A DNA stretch of 35,718 bases from a virus (taxonomy: Duplodnaviria > Caudoviricetes): positions 1 to 35,718 of the IMG/VR virus record IMGVR_UViG_3300048578_000459. The stretch is one strand, 5' to 3'. A program made the position numbers and the translations under genes. The notes below the pieces were generated by a model. It saw nothing but the letters and a program-made list of their open reading frames with translations. It was not told the DNA's origin and did not search any database. Positions 27,144-34,593 of the stretch are shown here, piece after piece. How positions within the stretch are numbered: the first letter of the stretch is position 1; every line of letters starts with the position of its first letter.

Positions 27144-27828
27144 GAGCTCCGAAGAAGCCCAACTCGGCCCGCTTCTTTCCGAGCGTGGCCGACACCGCGC
27201 CAGTGTCCTGATCTGCGGAGGCGTGCACACCGCCACGCCCAGCGCCAAGAATCAGGGTCGAGTTCCTGGTTTCTCCACTCTCAACACCGAGAATGGCTTC
27301 CGACATGTGGCCATCGCGCTTTGAGGTGAGTGAGACCATCGCGGTCTTCTCGGCGGCGAAGATGGTGACGCCTTCTTTCGGATCTTCGTCTGACTTCAAT
27401 GATACCGATGAGGAGAACCCGTTCGTTGCGATCTTCACCCGCGGTTCCTTGTCCTCGTTGAAGAAGACCAAGCTCGTCGCTCCTTTGGTGTCGGTCCGTA
27501 GCAACGAGCGAATCCTTCCGGAGGCGTCAGTTGTCGCAAACGCGGGCTCTCCGTCCAGGACGACCAGCCCTGCGTTCGATCCGCCATTCGGGTCCCGAAC
27601 GATGACCTTGGGCGTGTCCTTGTCGTCCATCGTCAGGAGCAACCCCATCCTTCCGCTCTTGTCCGCAAACCCCACCGCGGCAGTACCATCGTCCATCACC
27701 TGCATCACGATTCGCTGCCGGCCCTTCGCATCAACCAACTCGAGCCGCTGCACGCGGATGGTGTCGTTTGTGAGAGGGGCAGACCCACCGAAGAGAACCA
27801 ACGCCACCACCGGCCAGATCGATTTCAT
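27130..27828 (-). CDS. exported beta-rich protein, moron-like (antisense to late genes)
   Basis: GAGGGT RBS; MKSIWPVVALVLFGGSAP signal-like N-terminus; repeated L.F.D..G..R..L units; visibly lower GC; 14-nt tail-to-tail overlap with the giant gene. Confidence 0.75.
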   Translation of the reverse strand: MKSIWPVVALVLFGGSAPLTNDTIRVQRLELVDAKGRQRIVMQVMDDGTAAVGFADKSGRMGLLLTMDDKDTPKVIVRDPNGGSNAGLVVLDGEPAFATTDASGRIRSLLRTDTKGATSLVFFNEDKEPRVKIATNGFSSSVSLKSDEDPKEGVTIFAAEKTAMVSLTSKRDGHMSEAILGVESGETRNSTLILGAGRGGVHASADQDTGAVSATLGKKRAELGFFGAPTRP

Positions 27829-27901
27829 GCACTGACCCTCGCGCGGCCGAGCTCGGCCCGCAACGCAACGTGCGTTCAGGAAGGCGTGCGGACGTCGGCA
27901 C

Positions 27902-27931
27902 GGTCCGACGTCCCAGCAGCGGCTGACCCTG
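27902..27931 (+). promoter_or_regulatory. putative late promoter, copy 3 (upstream of tail fibre)
   Basis: GGTCCGA-CGTCCCAGC-N7-GACCCTG-N6-ATG. Confidence 0.75.
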
Positions 27932-27937
27932 CCGTGC

Positions 27938-29233
27938 ATGACGGTCCCCACGGAAGGCAGCCGCTCCCACTACGCAGGCAACGGCGTCACCACCGCCTTC
28001 TCGACGGGCTTCTACTTCCTCGCCGCGAGTGACCTGCGCGTCACCATCATCCCGGTGGGCCTCGCGCCCATCATCCAGACGTTGGGCGTCCACTACACGG
28101 TGACGGTGCCCGCGCCGGGCAGCGGTGCCGCGGGGACCGTCACCATGCTGACGCCCCCGGCCTCCGGCGCCGACGTCTTCATCGAGCGCACCGTGCCCTT
28201 CGTCCAGGACACGTCGTTCCGCACGCAGGGCTCCTTCAGCCCGGCGGTGCACGAAGATGCGATGGACCGGCTCGAGTTCCAGCTGCAGCAGCTCGACCGC
28301 CGCACGACGGACCTCGAGAGCGGCTTCGATCCCGGCGCCTTCTTCGCCGGCAACGGGCTGTCGATGGCGGGCGTCACCCTCAACGTCGGCGCCGGTGACG
28401 GCATCCTCTCGCTCGCCGACTCGGTGGCCGTCGACTTCGCCACGGGCGTCGTACCCGTGCGCGCCGACGGTGGCGCCGTGGGCACGGGCACCAAGGCCGC
28501 GCGCGACGATCACCGCCACGACGTGCAGACCGGCAACCCTGCGGCGCTCCATGTGGGCGACACCACCTCGGCCGGCGCCGCGACTTCACTCGCGCTGTCG
28601 GACCACCAGCACGCGGTGCCCACGGGTGTGCCGGCGAGCATCAGCGCCAACGCCAGCAACGAGGGCGTCAGCACCGCCTTCCCGCGCCTCGACCACACCC
28701 ACGAGGTGATGACGGCCGCCGGCGCGCTCGAATGCACGGATGCGACTGGCGTCGGAGGCGTCAGCGAGAAGCTGAGCCGCGGCGACCACCAGCACCCGCA
28801 TGGCGACCGCGGTGGCGGCACGCTGCACGCGCTCGCGACGACGACGACGCACGGCTTCATGCACTACGCCGACAAGGAGATGTTGGCGCGGCGGACTGAA
28901 TTCAAGGGCACCACCACCAACGCGACGCCGCAGACTCTCGCGGTGTGGACGCCGACCAACGGCGACAGCGAGACGGCGCTGGTGACGGTGACGGCGCGCG
29001 ACAAGGCGACGGCGAACGCGGCCAGCTACGGTAAGACCGTGCTCGTCTCGCGCCTCGCAGGTACCACCTCGATTCGCGGGGTGGTGCGCGACAGGTGGGC
29101 CGACATTGAAGACGTCGCTGGTTGGGACTGCGTCATCTCGACGGCCAGCCCCCAGGTCATCGTCACGGTGACTGGTGCTGCGGGCACCAACATCGACTGG
29201 GTCATCCTCGTCGAGCGCCACAAGACGCCCTGA
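27938..29233 (+). CDS. tail fibre protein
   Basis: T7 gp17-like N-terminal attachment domain (YAGNGVTTAF..GF.F....DLRV....QTLGVHYTV; F.PAVHEDAMDRL...QQL); repeated DHxH motifs. Confidence 0.85.
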   Translation: MTVPTEGSRSHYAGNGVTTAFSTGFYFLAASDLRVTIIPVGLAPIIQTLGVHYTVTVPAPGSGAAGTVTMLTPPASGADVFIERTVPFVQDTSFRTQGSFSPAVHEDAMDRLEFQLQQLDRRTTDLESGFDPGAFFAGNGLSMAGVTLNVGAGDGILSLADSVAVDFATGVVPVRADGGAVGTGTKAARDDHRHDVQTGNPAALHVGDTTSAGAATSLALSDHQHAVPTGVPASISANASNEGVSTAFPRLDHTHEVMTAAGALECTDATGVGGVSEKLSRGDHQHPHGDRGGGTLHALATTTTHGFMHYADKEMLARRTEFKGTTTNATPQTLAVWTPTNGDSETALVTVTARDKATANAASYGKTVLVSRLAGTTSIRGVVRDRWADIEDVAGWDCVISTASPQVIVTVTGAAGTNIDWVILVERHKTP

Positions 29234-29237
29234 CGTC

Positions 29238-29267
29238 GGGCCGACGTCCCAGCATCGGCCGAGCCTG
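29238..29267 (+). promoter_or_regulatory. putative late promoter, copy 4
   Basis: GGGCCGA-CGTCCCAGC-N7-GAGCCTG-N6-ATG. Confidence 0.75.
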
Positions 29268-29273
29268 CTGGGC

Positions 29274-29612
29274 ATGCGACACCTCATCTGCGCCGCCCTC
29301 ATCGCAGTGCTGCCCAACGTGGCCTTCGCTCGAGGCCTCGCGCTCGACCTCACCCGGCGCACCGAGTTCACCGACTGCGCGTCGGGAGGCAGCTCGGCGC
29401 AGGCGCTGGTGCGCGACACCGACTACCTGCTTCGCGTCACCGATGCCGACGTGTGGCTCTGCTTGACCGCATCGGGGAGCACGTGCGCCACCGGGGGCGA
29501 GCGCTTCCCGGTGGGCACCGTGCTTCATCTGAGCATCACGGGAGACCAAGTCTCAGCGAGTTGTAGGAGCTCGACGTCGACGGGAGACGCCACCTTCACG
29601 CGGGTGCAGTGA
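29274..29612 (+). CDS. small exported Cys-containing protein
   Basis: MRHLICAALIAVLPNVAFA signal peptide with AxA site; 4 Cys in the mature part. Confidence 0.75.
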   Translation: MRHLICAALIAVLPNVAFARGLALDLTRRTEFTDCASGGSSAQALVRDTDYLLRVTDADVWLCLTASGSTCATGGERFPVGTVLHLSITGDQVSASCRSSTSTGDATFTRVQ

Positions 29613-30865
29613 TGCTGCTCGCGCTCCTTCTCGCGCAGCTCGCACCGGCGAACCCGGCCGGGCCCATCGTCACCAACCCGGCGACGATGCGGCGGCTCGC
29701 CTTCTTCGAGGCCTTCCCCGCCAACGGCGCCGGCACCAACGGCGCGTGCTCGACGACGCCACCGACCGACGTGCGCGGCGGGGCCCTCATCTTCGCGCGC
29801 GCCAGCGTCGGCACCTGCACGAAGGGGACGGACGGGCTTCGCTCGAGCGCCATCGCCGACGGTGACCTCGTGTCGCTCAGCAACGACGTGCCGCGAGTGG
29901 AGCTCGACAGCGCCGGCGTCCCGAGCCTCCTCGCCGAGGGCAGCGACTCGCAGGTAGCCGTGCAGACGGCCAACGTGTGCAACGCGGCGTGGAGCGACGT
30001 CGGCACGCCCTCATGCACCGCCAACGCTGCGACCGGGCCGTGGGGCACTACCACCATGGCGCGCCTCACCGACGACGCGGCCGGTGCCTTCGAGGGGCGC
30101 TCGCAGGCCATTGTCACCACGTCGGCCACGAAGTTCACCACCTTCTGCTACGTGAAGGCCGGCACCCTCGCGGCCGCCAGCATCACCCTCGTCGGCGCGG
30201 GCTCCAGCACCGGCGACTGCACGGGCACGGTGACGGGGCTCAGCACCAGCACCAGCAGCATCGTCGAGTGCACCAGCTCGGCGGCGTACGCGGGCACCCT
30301 CACCGGCGTCACGGTGACGATTCGCGCGGGCACCGTCGTGGGCGACACGGGCACTGTCTTCGTCGAGTCGTGCGACGTGAAGCCTGCGAGCCGCGGCTAC
30401 CGGACGAGCCACATGCCGGCGGTCGCGAGCGGCACCACGCGCGCGAGCGAGGTGGGGGCGCGGTTCGCGCTCTCGGGCGTGTCGACCACCTTCTCGATGG
30501 CCGCCACCGCGCAGACCTCCTACGCGCAGACGACGACGGGCCCGCAGTGGCTCTCGCTCGAGACGAGCTACGGCGAGGCATCGCCCAAGGCGCTCGGCTA
30601 CAGCAACGCCGGGTTCGCCAACACCTTCATCAACGGCGGCGGGCTCTTCAGCACCGGCGTCGGGTGGATCGCGGGGCGACACCGCTTCTCGATGGACTCG
30701 AGCCGCGCCGCCCGCTTCGACGCGACGACGACAACGACGACGGCCGCGCTGCTGAGCGCTCCTCCCACCGTCGTGGTGCTGGGCGGCAACGGGGCGGCGG
30801 GGCTCCCGTGCGACTGCCTCATCAATCAGGTGCAGGTCGATCCTTCAGAAGCGAGGGCACGGTGA
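29609..30865 (+). CDS. exported Thr/Ser/Cys-rich protein with phage fibre/lectin-like motifs
   Basis: Hydrophobic N-terminus MLLALLLAQLAPA; FARAS....NDVPR.E......LLAEG and SHMP....TTRASE motifs recalled from phage carbohydrate-binding tail proteins. Confidence 0.65.
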   Translation: MMLLALLLAQLAPANPAGPIVTNPATMRRLAFFEAFPANGAGTNGACSTTPPTDVRGGALIFARASVGTCTKGTDGLRSSAIADGDLVSLSNDVPRVELDSAGVPSLLAEGSDSQVAVQTANVCNAAWSDVGTPSCTANAATGPWGTTTMARLTDDAAGAFEGRSQAIVTTSATKFTTFCYVKAGTLAAASITLVGAGSSTGDCTGTVTGLSTSTSSIVECTSSAAYAGTLTGVTVTIRAGTVVGDTGTVFVESCDVKPASRGYRTSHMPAVASGTTRASEVGARFALSGVSTTFSMAATAQTSYAQTTTGPQWLSLETSYGEASPKALGYSNAGFANTFINGGGLFSTGVGWIAGRHRFSMDSSRAARFDATTTTTTAALLSAPPTVVVLGGNGAAGLPCDCLINQVQVDPSEARAR

Positions 30866-31638
30866 CTCCAAAGCTGCGCAGCATGATCTTCATCGTCGGC
30901 ACGCTCGTCCTCGCTGGCGGCGTGGGCCTCAAGCTCTCGACGCCCGTGCCCGGCACGCGCACGATGGCTGAACTCCGCGACGCGGGCATCACGGACGGGC
31001 AGCGTTTCGTGCTGACGTGTCCCGAGCGCCTGACGCCACAGACGAAGCGACGCATCAACAACGGCCAGCCCGGCCTGTTGCGCCCGAAGCAGACGTACGG
31101 GCGCGTGGCTCGCACGGCGGTCTGCTTCAACCCCGACGGCGGCAACTGCTTCCGCCCGAGCGACGGCCTGCTGCGCATTACCGACGGCGAGGGTGAGGTC
31201 ATCGTGCCGAGCCTGCGCCGCGACCTCGTGGGCGTGGACCTCGATGCTGGCGACGACAGCGACGGTGGCGAGGACGGCGTTGACGACTCGCTCCAGTACC
31301 GCCTCGACGACTGCACCGTGACGACGTGCCCCAACTACGACGCGGGCGACGGCACCAACTTCTGCGGTCGCCTCAACCGGCTGCAGCTCGTCACCTCGCC
31401 CTGCATGCTGCCGCTCTGCCTCACCAGCGACGGCGGGTGGGACGACGAGCTCGGCGAGCCCGGCCACGAGCCCGCGGCGGACTGCCGCTTCACCGGCTTC
31501 CTCGGCACGCCCGACGGCGGCCCTCGGTGGCGCGGGTGTAACGCGGGGCCCGCGTCGATGGCGGTGGGCAGCGCGTGCGTGCCGGTCGAGTGCGGCACGC
31601 TGGGTGGTGAGGACGTCGCGGAGGAGTGGCGCCAGTGA
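30862..31638 (+). CDS. membrane-anchored/exported Cys-rich protein with PDGG/DAG motifs
   Basis: GTGA-coupled start; MTPKLRSMIFIVGTLVLAGGVGL N-terminal hydrophobic helix; 12 Cys. Confidence 0.75.
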   Translation: MTPKLRSMIFIVGTLVLAGGVGLKLSTPVPGTRTMAELRDAGITDGQRFVLTCPERLTPQTKRRINNGQPGLLRPKQTYGRVARTAVCFNPDGGNCFRPSDGLLRITDGEGEVIVPSLRRDLVGVDLDAGDDSDGGEDGVDDSLQYRLDDCTVTTCPNYDAGDGTNFCGRLNRLQLVTSPCMLPLCLTSDGGWDDELGEPGHEPAADCRFTGFLGTPDGGPRWRGCNAGPASMAVGSACVPVECGTLGGEDVAEEWRQ

Positions 31639-32006
31639 GCGAGGTCGCCGACAAGCCCGCAACCGCGTCCACCGTCCACGGTGAGGTGCTGGCCTTCGGG
31701 CGGCGCATCCTCGGCGGGCAGGCGCTCGCGACGCTGCTGCTGATGGGGCTGGCGATCGGCGGCTACCGCGCGCTCGCGCAAGAGGCCCGTGACGGTGGCG
31801 CGTCGGCGGTGGCGCCGGTGGCGACGGAGCTCGAGCGCGTGAAGGCGGCCGCGCAGGAGCAGGCGAAGGACATCGCCGAGCTGAAGCGCCGCATCGAGCG
31901 CACCGAGGTCGTCAGCGTCGAGACCAACGCCAACGTCCGCCTCCTCCTGCAGGACCGTGGCATCCGCCCGGTGACGACCCTCGAAACGCGCGACGGTGGC
32001 CGATGA
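31635..32006 (+). CDS. single-TM coiled-coil protein (lysis-associated; holin/spanin-like candidate)
   Basis: GTGA-coupled with GAGGAG RBS; ALATLLLMGLAIGGY TM followed by coiled coil; precedes endolysin. Confidence 0.6.
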   Translation: MSEVADKPATASTVHGEVLAFGRRILGGQALATLLLMGLAIGGYRALAQEARDGGASAVAPVATELERVKAAAQEQAKDIAELKRRIERTEVVSVETNANVRLLLQDRGIRPVTTLETRDGGR

Positions 32007-32512
32007 CTCCCTTCCCCTTGGGCTTCGATCCGCCGGGCGCGCGCCGCTACCGTTCGACGCTGCAGACCCGCTCGGCCGAGCTGCTGATCGACGTGCTGGC
32101 TGAGCACCAGTTCCGAGGGGCGAGCCGCTACCGCCCGCGCGACGTCGACGGCAACGGCACCACGGAAACTTTTTGCAACGTGCACGCGGCCGACGTCGCC
32201 GAGGCGATGGGCGTCACGCTGCCCCGGGGCAAGCGCGCCAACGAGCTCGCGCTGTGGCTCGCGTCGGGCGGCACTGAGCACGGCTGGGAGCAGGTCGACG
32301 AGCACACCGCGCGCGCCATGGCGGACGAGGGGATGCTGGTGGTGGCGAGTTGGTTCAACCCGCACGGTCCCACGGGGCACATCTGCCCGCTCGAGCCCTC
32401 GCTGGGCGAGCCCGGCATCTGGGTCAGCAACGTCGGCCGCACCAACTTTCTGCGCGGCACGCTCGCTCAGGCTTTCGGCGGTCTCGCCGTCGACTTCTTC
32501 GCTCACCCGTAG
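32003..32512 (+). CDS. putative endolysin, CHAP/NlpC-P60-like Cys-His peptidase
   Basis: ETFCN catalytic Cys, AN..W, LVVASW.N..GPTGH catalytic His; position among membrane-protein genes. Confidence 0.65.
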   Translation: MTPFPLGFDPPGARRYRSTLQTRSAELLIDVLAEHQFRGASRYRPRDVDGNGTTETFCNVHAADVAEAMGVTLPRGKRANELALWLASGGTEHGWEQVDEHTARAMADEGMLVVASWFNPHGPTGHICPLEPSLGEPGIWVSNVGRTNFLRGTLAQAFGGLAVDFFAHP

Positions 32513-32528
32513 ATCAAGGAATCACCCC

Positions 32529-33122
32529 ATGCGCATCCGCTTTTCGCTGGTCCTCCTCGCCGCCCTGTCGCTCCCCGCCGTCGCCCACGCCGCCCCCGTG
32601 TCGGAGAGGGCCTCGCTCGAGCGCCCGCTCCCCACGTCCACCGAGGTCGGCATCCCCGACGTCGTGCTGCTCGCGGGTGAGGCCATCCCCCCGGCGCCCA
32701 CCGCGGGCCAGTCCTTCCTCGCCAGCCTGGGCCCGTCGCTGCTCGACCTGCTCAGCGCGGCGGCCATCGCCGGCATCGGCCTCCTCGCCGCCTTCCTGCG
32801 CGCGAAGTCCGCCGAGTCGAAGGTGGCGAAGGTGTCGCTCGTCGTCACCGAGGCAGCCCGCGCGGCGGTGCTGGAGCTCGACGCGAGCATCAAGCCCAAG
32901 CTGAAGGCGTACCTCGCCGACGGCGTGCTGAGCGACGAGGAGAAGGCCGAGCTGAAGAAGATGGCGCTCGACCTGCTCAAGACGAAGCTGCCGGGCGGGC
33001 TGCTCTCCACCGCGGGCAGCGTCTTCGGCGCCTTCACCGACACCTACCTCGCCGGGAAGATCGAACAGGCCGTCGCCGAGAAGAACTCGGTGCAGGCGGC
33101 GGCGGTCCCTCCCTCGCCCTGA
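32529..33122 (+). CDS. holin-like membrane protein with N-terminal signal peptide
   Basis: AAGGAA RBS; signal MRIRFSLVLLAALSLPAVAHA; TM LLSAAAIAGIGLLAAFL; C-terminal YLAGKIEQAVAE reminiscent of LL-H-type holins. Confidence 0.55.
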   Translation: MRIRFSLVLLAALSLPAVAHAAPVSERASLERPLPTSTEVGIPDVVLLAGEAIPPAPTAGQSFLASLGPSLLDLLSAAAIAGIGLLAAFLRAKSAESKVAKVSLVVTEAARAAVLELDASIKPKLKAYLADGVLSDEEKAELKKMALDLLKTKLPGGLLSTAGSVFGAFTDTYLAGKIEQAVAEKNSVQAAAVPPSP

Positions 33123-33373
33123 GCGACGCTCCCGTTCGGGAGGCAGTTGCGGCAGGGCTCGAGCGTGTAGCGGACCTGGCCCCCGGCGCCGGCTACGTCG
33201 AGACGACGGCTGGGCTACGGGGGCTGGGCAAGGACTTCGCGGGCTACGTGCGCGGCGAGCTGGGCGCGCGGCTGAGCCTCAACGCCAACGTCTTTGCCTT
33301 CGGAGAGGCCACCTTCGCGCCGGCTGCGGCTCCGGGGTGGCAGGCTGGTGTTGGCGCGCGTCTGACGTGGTAG
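33119..33373 (+). CDS. unannotated 84-codon ORF ending in an outer-membrane beta-signal-like C-terminus; no canonical start
   Basis: LSDAPVREAVAAGLERVADLAPGAGYVETTAGLRGLGKDFAGYVRGELGARLSLNANVFAFGEATFAPAAAPGWQAGVGARLTW*; -1 frame relative to the upstream gene, CTGA overlap. Confidence 0.6.
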   Translation: MSDAPVREAVAAGLERVADLAPGAGYVETTAGLRGLGKDFAGYVRGELGARLSLNANVFAFGEATFAPAAAPGWQAGVGARLTW

Positions 33374-33417
33374 GCTGAAGCCTCGCGCCGGTGGCGCCGG
33401 CAAAGGGCTGCACCGCT

Positions 33418-33455
33418 GCCCCGCGTGCTCACTCAGGCGCGGGGCTTTCTCGTTT
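33418..33455 (+). terminator. rho-independent terminator ending the late operon
   Basis: GCCCCGCG/CGCGGGGC stem (33418-33445) followed by TTTCTCGTTT; lies at the convergence of the two transcription directions. Confidence 0.7.
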
Positions 33456-33534
33456 CCGCGGGCACTACGGCAGGCTCGAGCGGACCGATGCGCGAGCCGC
33501 AGACGTGGCAGCGGCGCGTGAGGGTGGCTGTCAC
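33433..33534 (-). CDS. 33-aa mini-ORF (MTATLTRRCHVCGSRIG...), possible gene remnant
   Basis: GTGA-coupled to the stop of 33531..34001; CxxC; ends inside the terminator hairpin. Confidence 0.35.
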   Translation of the reverse strand: MTATLTRRCHVCGSRIGPLEPAVVPAETRKPRA

Positions 33535-34001
33535 GGTGTGACCACCCGGAGTTTGCGGCGATGCGCCCAGCACTCGCACTCAGGGGCGCACTCGCGCGTC
33601 CCAGGAATCACCTTGTGGGCCGAGCGCGGATCGCCGGGTGGCGGATCGAGCGGGCTCACGTATGGCTCGTGTCGTGTCGCGTCGATGGCGGCGCGCGCGA
33701 TTTTGTCGAGTCTCGGGTTCTGCTCTGCCACCTGTGCCGCCATCGCCTCGCCTGACGGCGTGAGCGACAGCATGCCGTCGACTTCGCGCACGAGCCCGCT
33801 CGCCTTCGCGTTCTCGATCCACTCATCGACGGCACGGAGTTTCCGCGTGATCAGCGAGCTTCCGCGCTCGGCCGACAGAAACAGCGGCGGAGCGACGTAG
33901 CACTTCGTGGCAGATCTCGATGACTGTCCGAGGGCTACGCAGGAGTCGATGTGCGCGCAGTCGGCGCACGTCTTTCCGTTGGGCAGTTCGGCGGGCGTCA
34001 C
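33531..34001 (-). CDS. Cys-rich hypothetical protein
   Basis: GTGA-coupled; LPNGKTCADCAH...C...C and C-terminal CAPECEC. Confidence 0.7.
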   Translation of the reverse strand: MTPAELPNGKTCADCAHIDSCVALGQSSRSATKCYVAPPLFLSAERGSSLITRKLRAVDEWIENAKASGLVREVDGMLSLTPSGEAMAAQVAEQNPRLDKIARAAIDATRHEPYVSPLDPPPGDPRSAHKVIPGTRECAPECECWAHRRKLRVVTP

Positions 34002-34372
34002 GGTGTGCTCCCTTCGCGGATGAGCACGGGCGTGCGCATCACCCTACAGCCACCCTCAAGCCATGCGTCGAGCGCGACGAGCACCTGCGCCCAGACGTGC
34101 GCCGGAATCCCCTCGGGGCACATACGCTTTGATGACACGCGCCACGCACGCCACTTCTTCGGAACGAAGCTGCACGGCCGCCGCACCACGATGCGCGTGT
34201 CGGCCGCGTGCGCGTAGCAACGAAAGGGCTCCTGCAGGCCCTTGGCGGGCATCAGGTCAGCGAAGGCCCTCCAGCCAGGCCCCGTCAGCTTGGCCTTCCC
34301 GGCTGCTGCCGGCTGCTGCCCACGCCAGATGTCCACCTGCGTCCAGCCCAGCGCGGCGTCGGCGGGCGTCAC
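33998..34372 (-). CDS. hypothetical protein (MTPADAALGW...)
   Basis: GAGGTG RBS, GTGA-coupled start at 34372. Confidence 0.6.
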   Translation of the reverse strand: MTPADAALGWTQVDIWRGQQPAAAGKAKLTGPGWRAFADLMPAKGLQEPFRCYAHAADTRIVVRRPCSFVPKKWRAWRVSSKRMCPEGIPAHVWAQVLVALDAWLEGGCRVMRTPVLIREGSTP

Positions 34373-34593
34373 GGCGTCACCTCGAGGTCCTGGCCTCGCC
34401 GCCGCGCCTGCTCTGCCAGACGCCGGCACAGCCCGCACCGCACGGCATCGCCCTCGGGCATCCACGCCGCGAGCCGAACCACTCCGCAGGCGCTCAGGCG
34501 CGCGTAGGCGAAGCCGCGCTCGCGCTGCAGGCGCGCGACGAGGTGCGCACGGCCCGTGGTGCCCGCCTGCCGCCAGTCGTGTCGGAGGCTCAC
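34369..34593 (-). CDS. small Zn-binding hypothetical protein (MSLRHDWRQ...)
   Basis: GTGA-coupled; H...SACG...RCGLC pattern. Confidence 0.65.
   Translation of the reverse strand: MSLRHDWRQAGTTGRAHLVARLQRERGFAYARLSACGVVRLAAWMPEGDAVRCGLCRRLAEQARRRGQDLEVTP

Noticed and set aside
27938-31638. Diversity-generating retroelement, expected because the virion module is BPP-1-like
   Set aside because: No reverse transcriptase ORF and no template/variable repeat pair differing at adenines was seen in the window.
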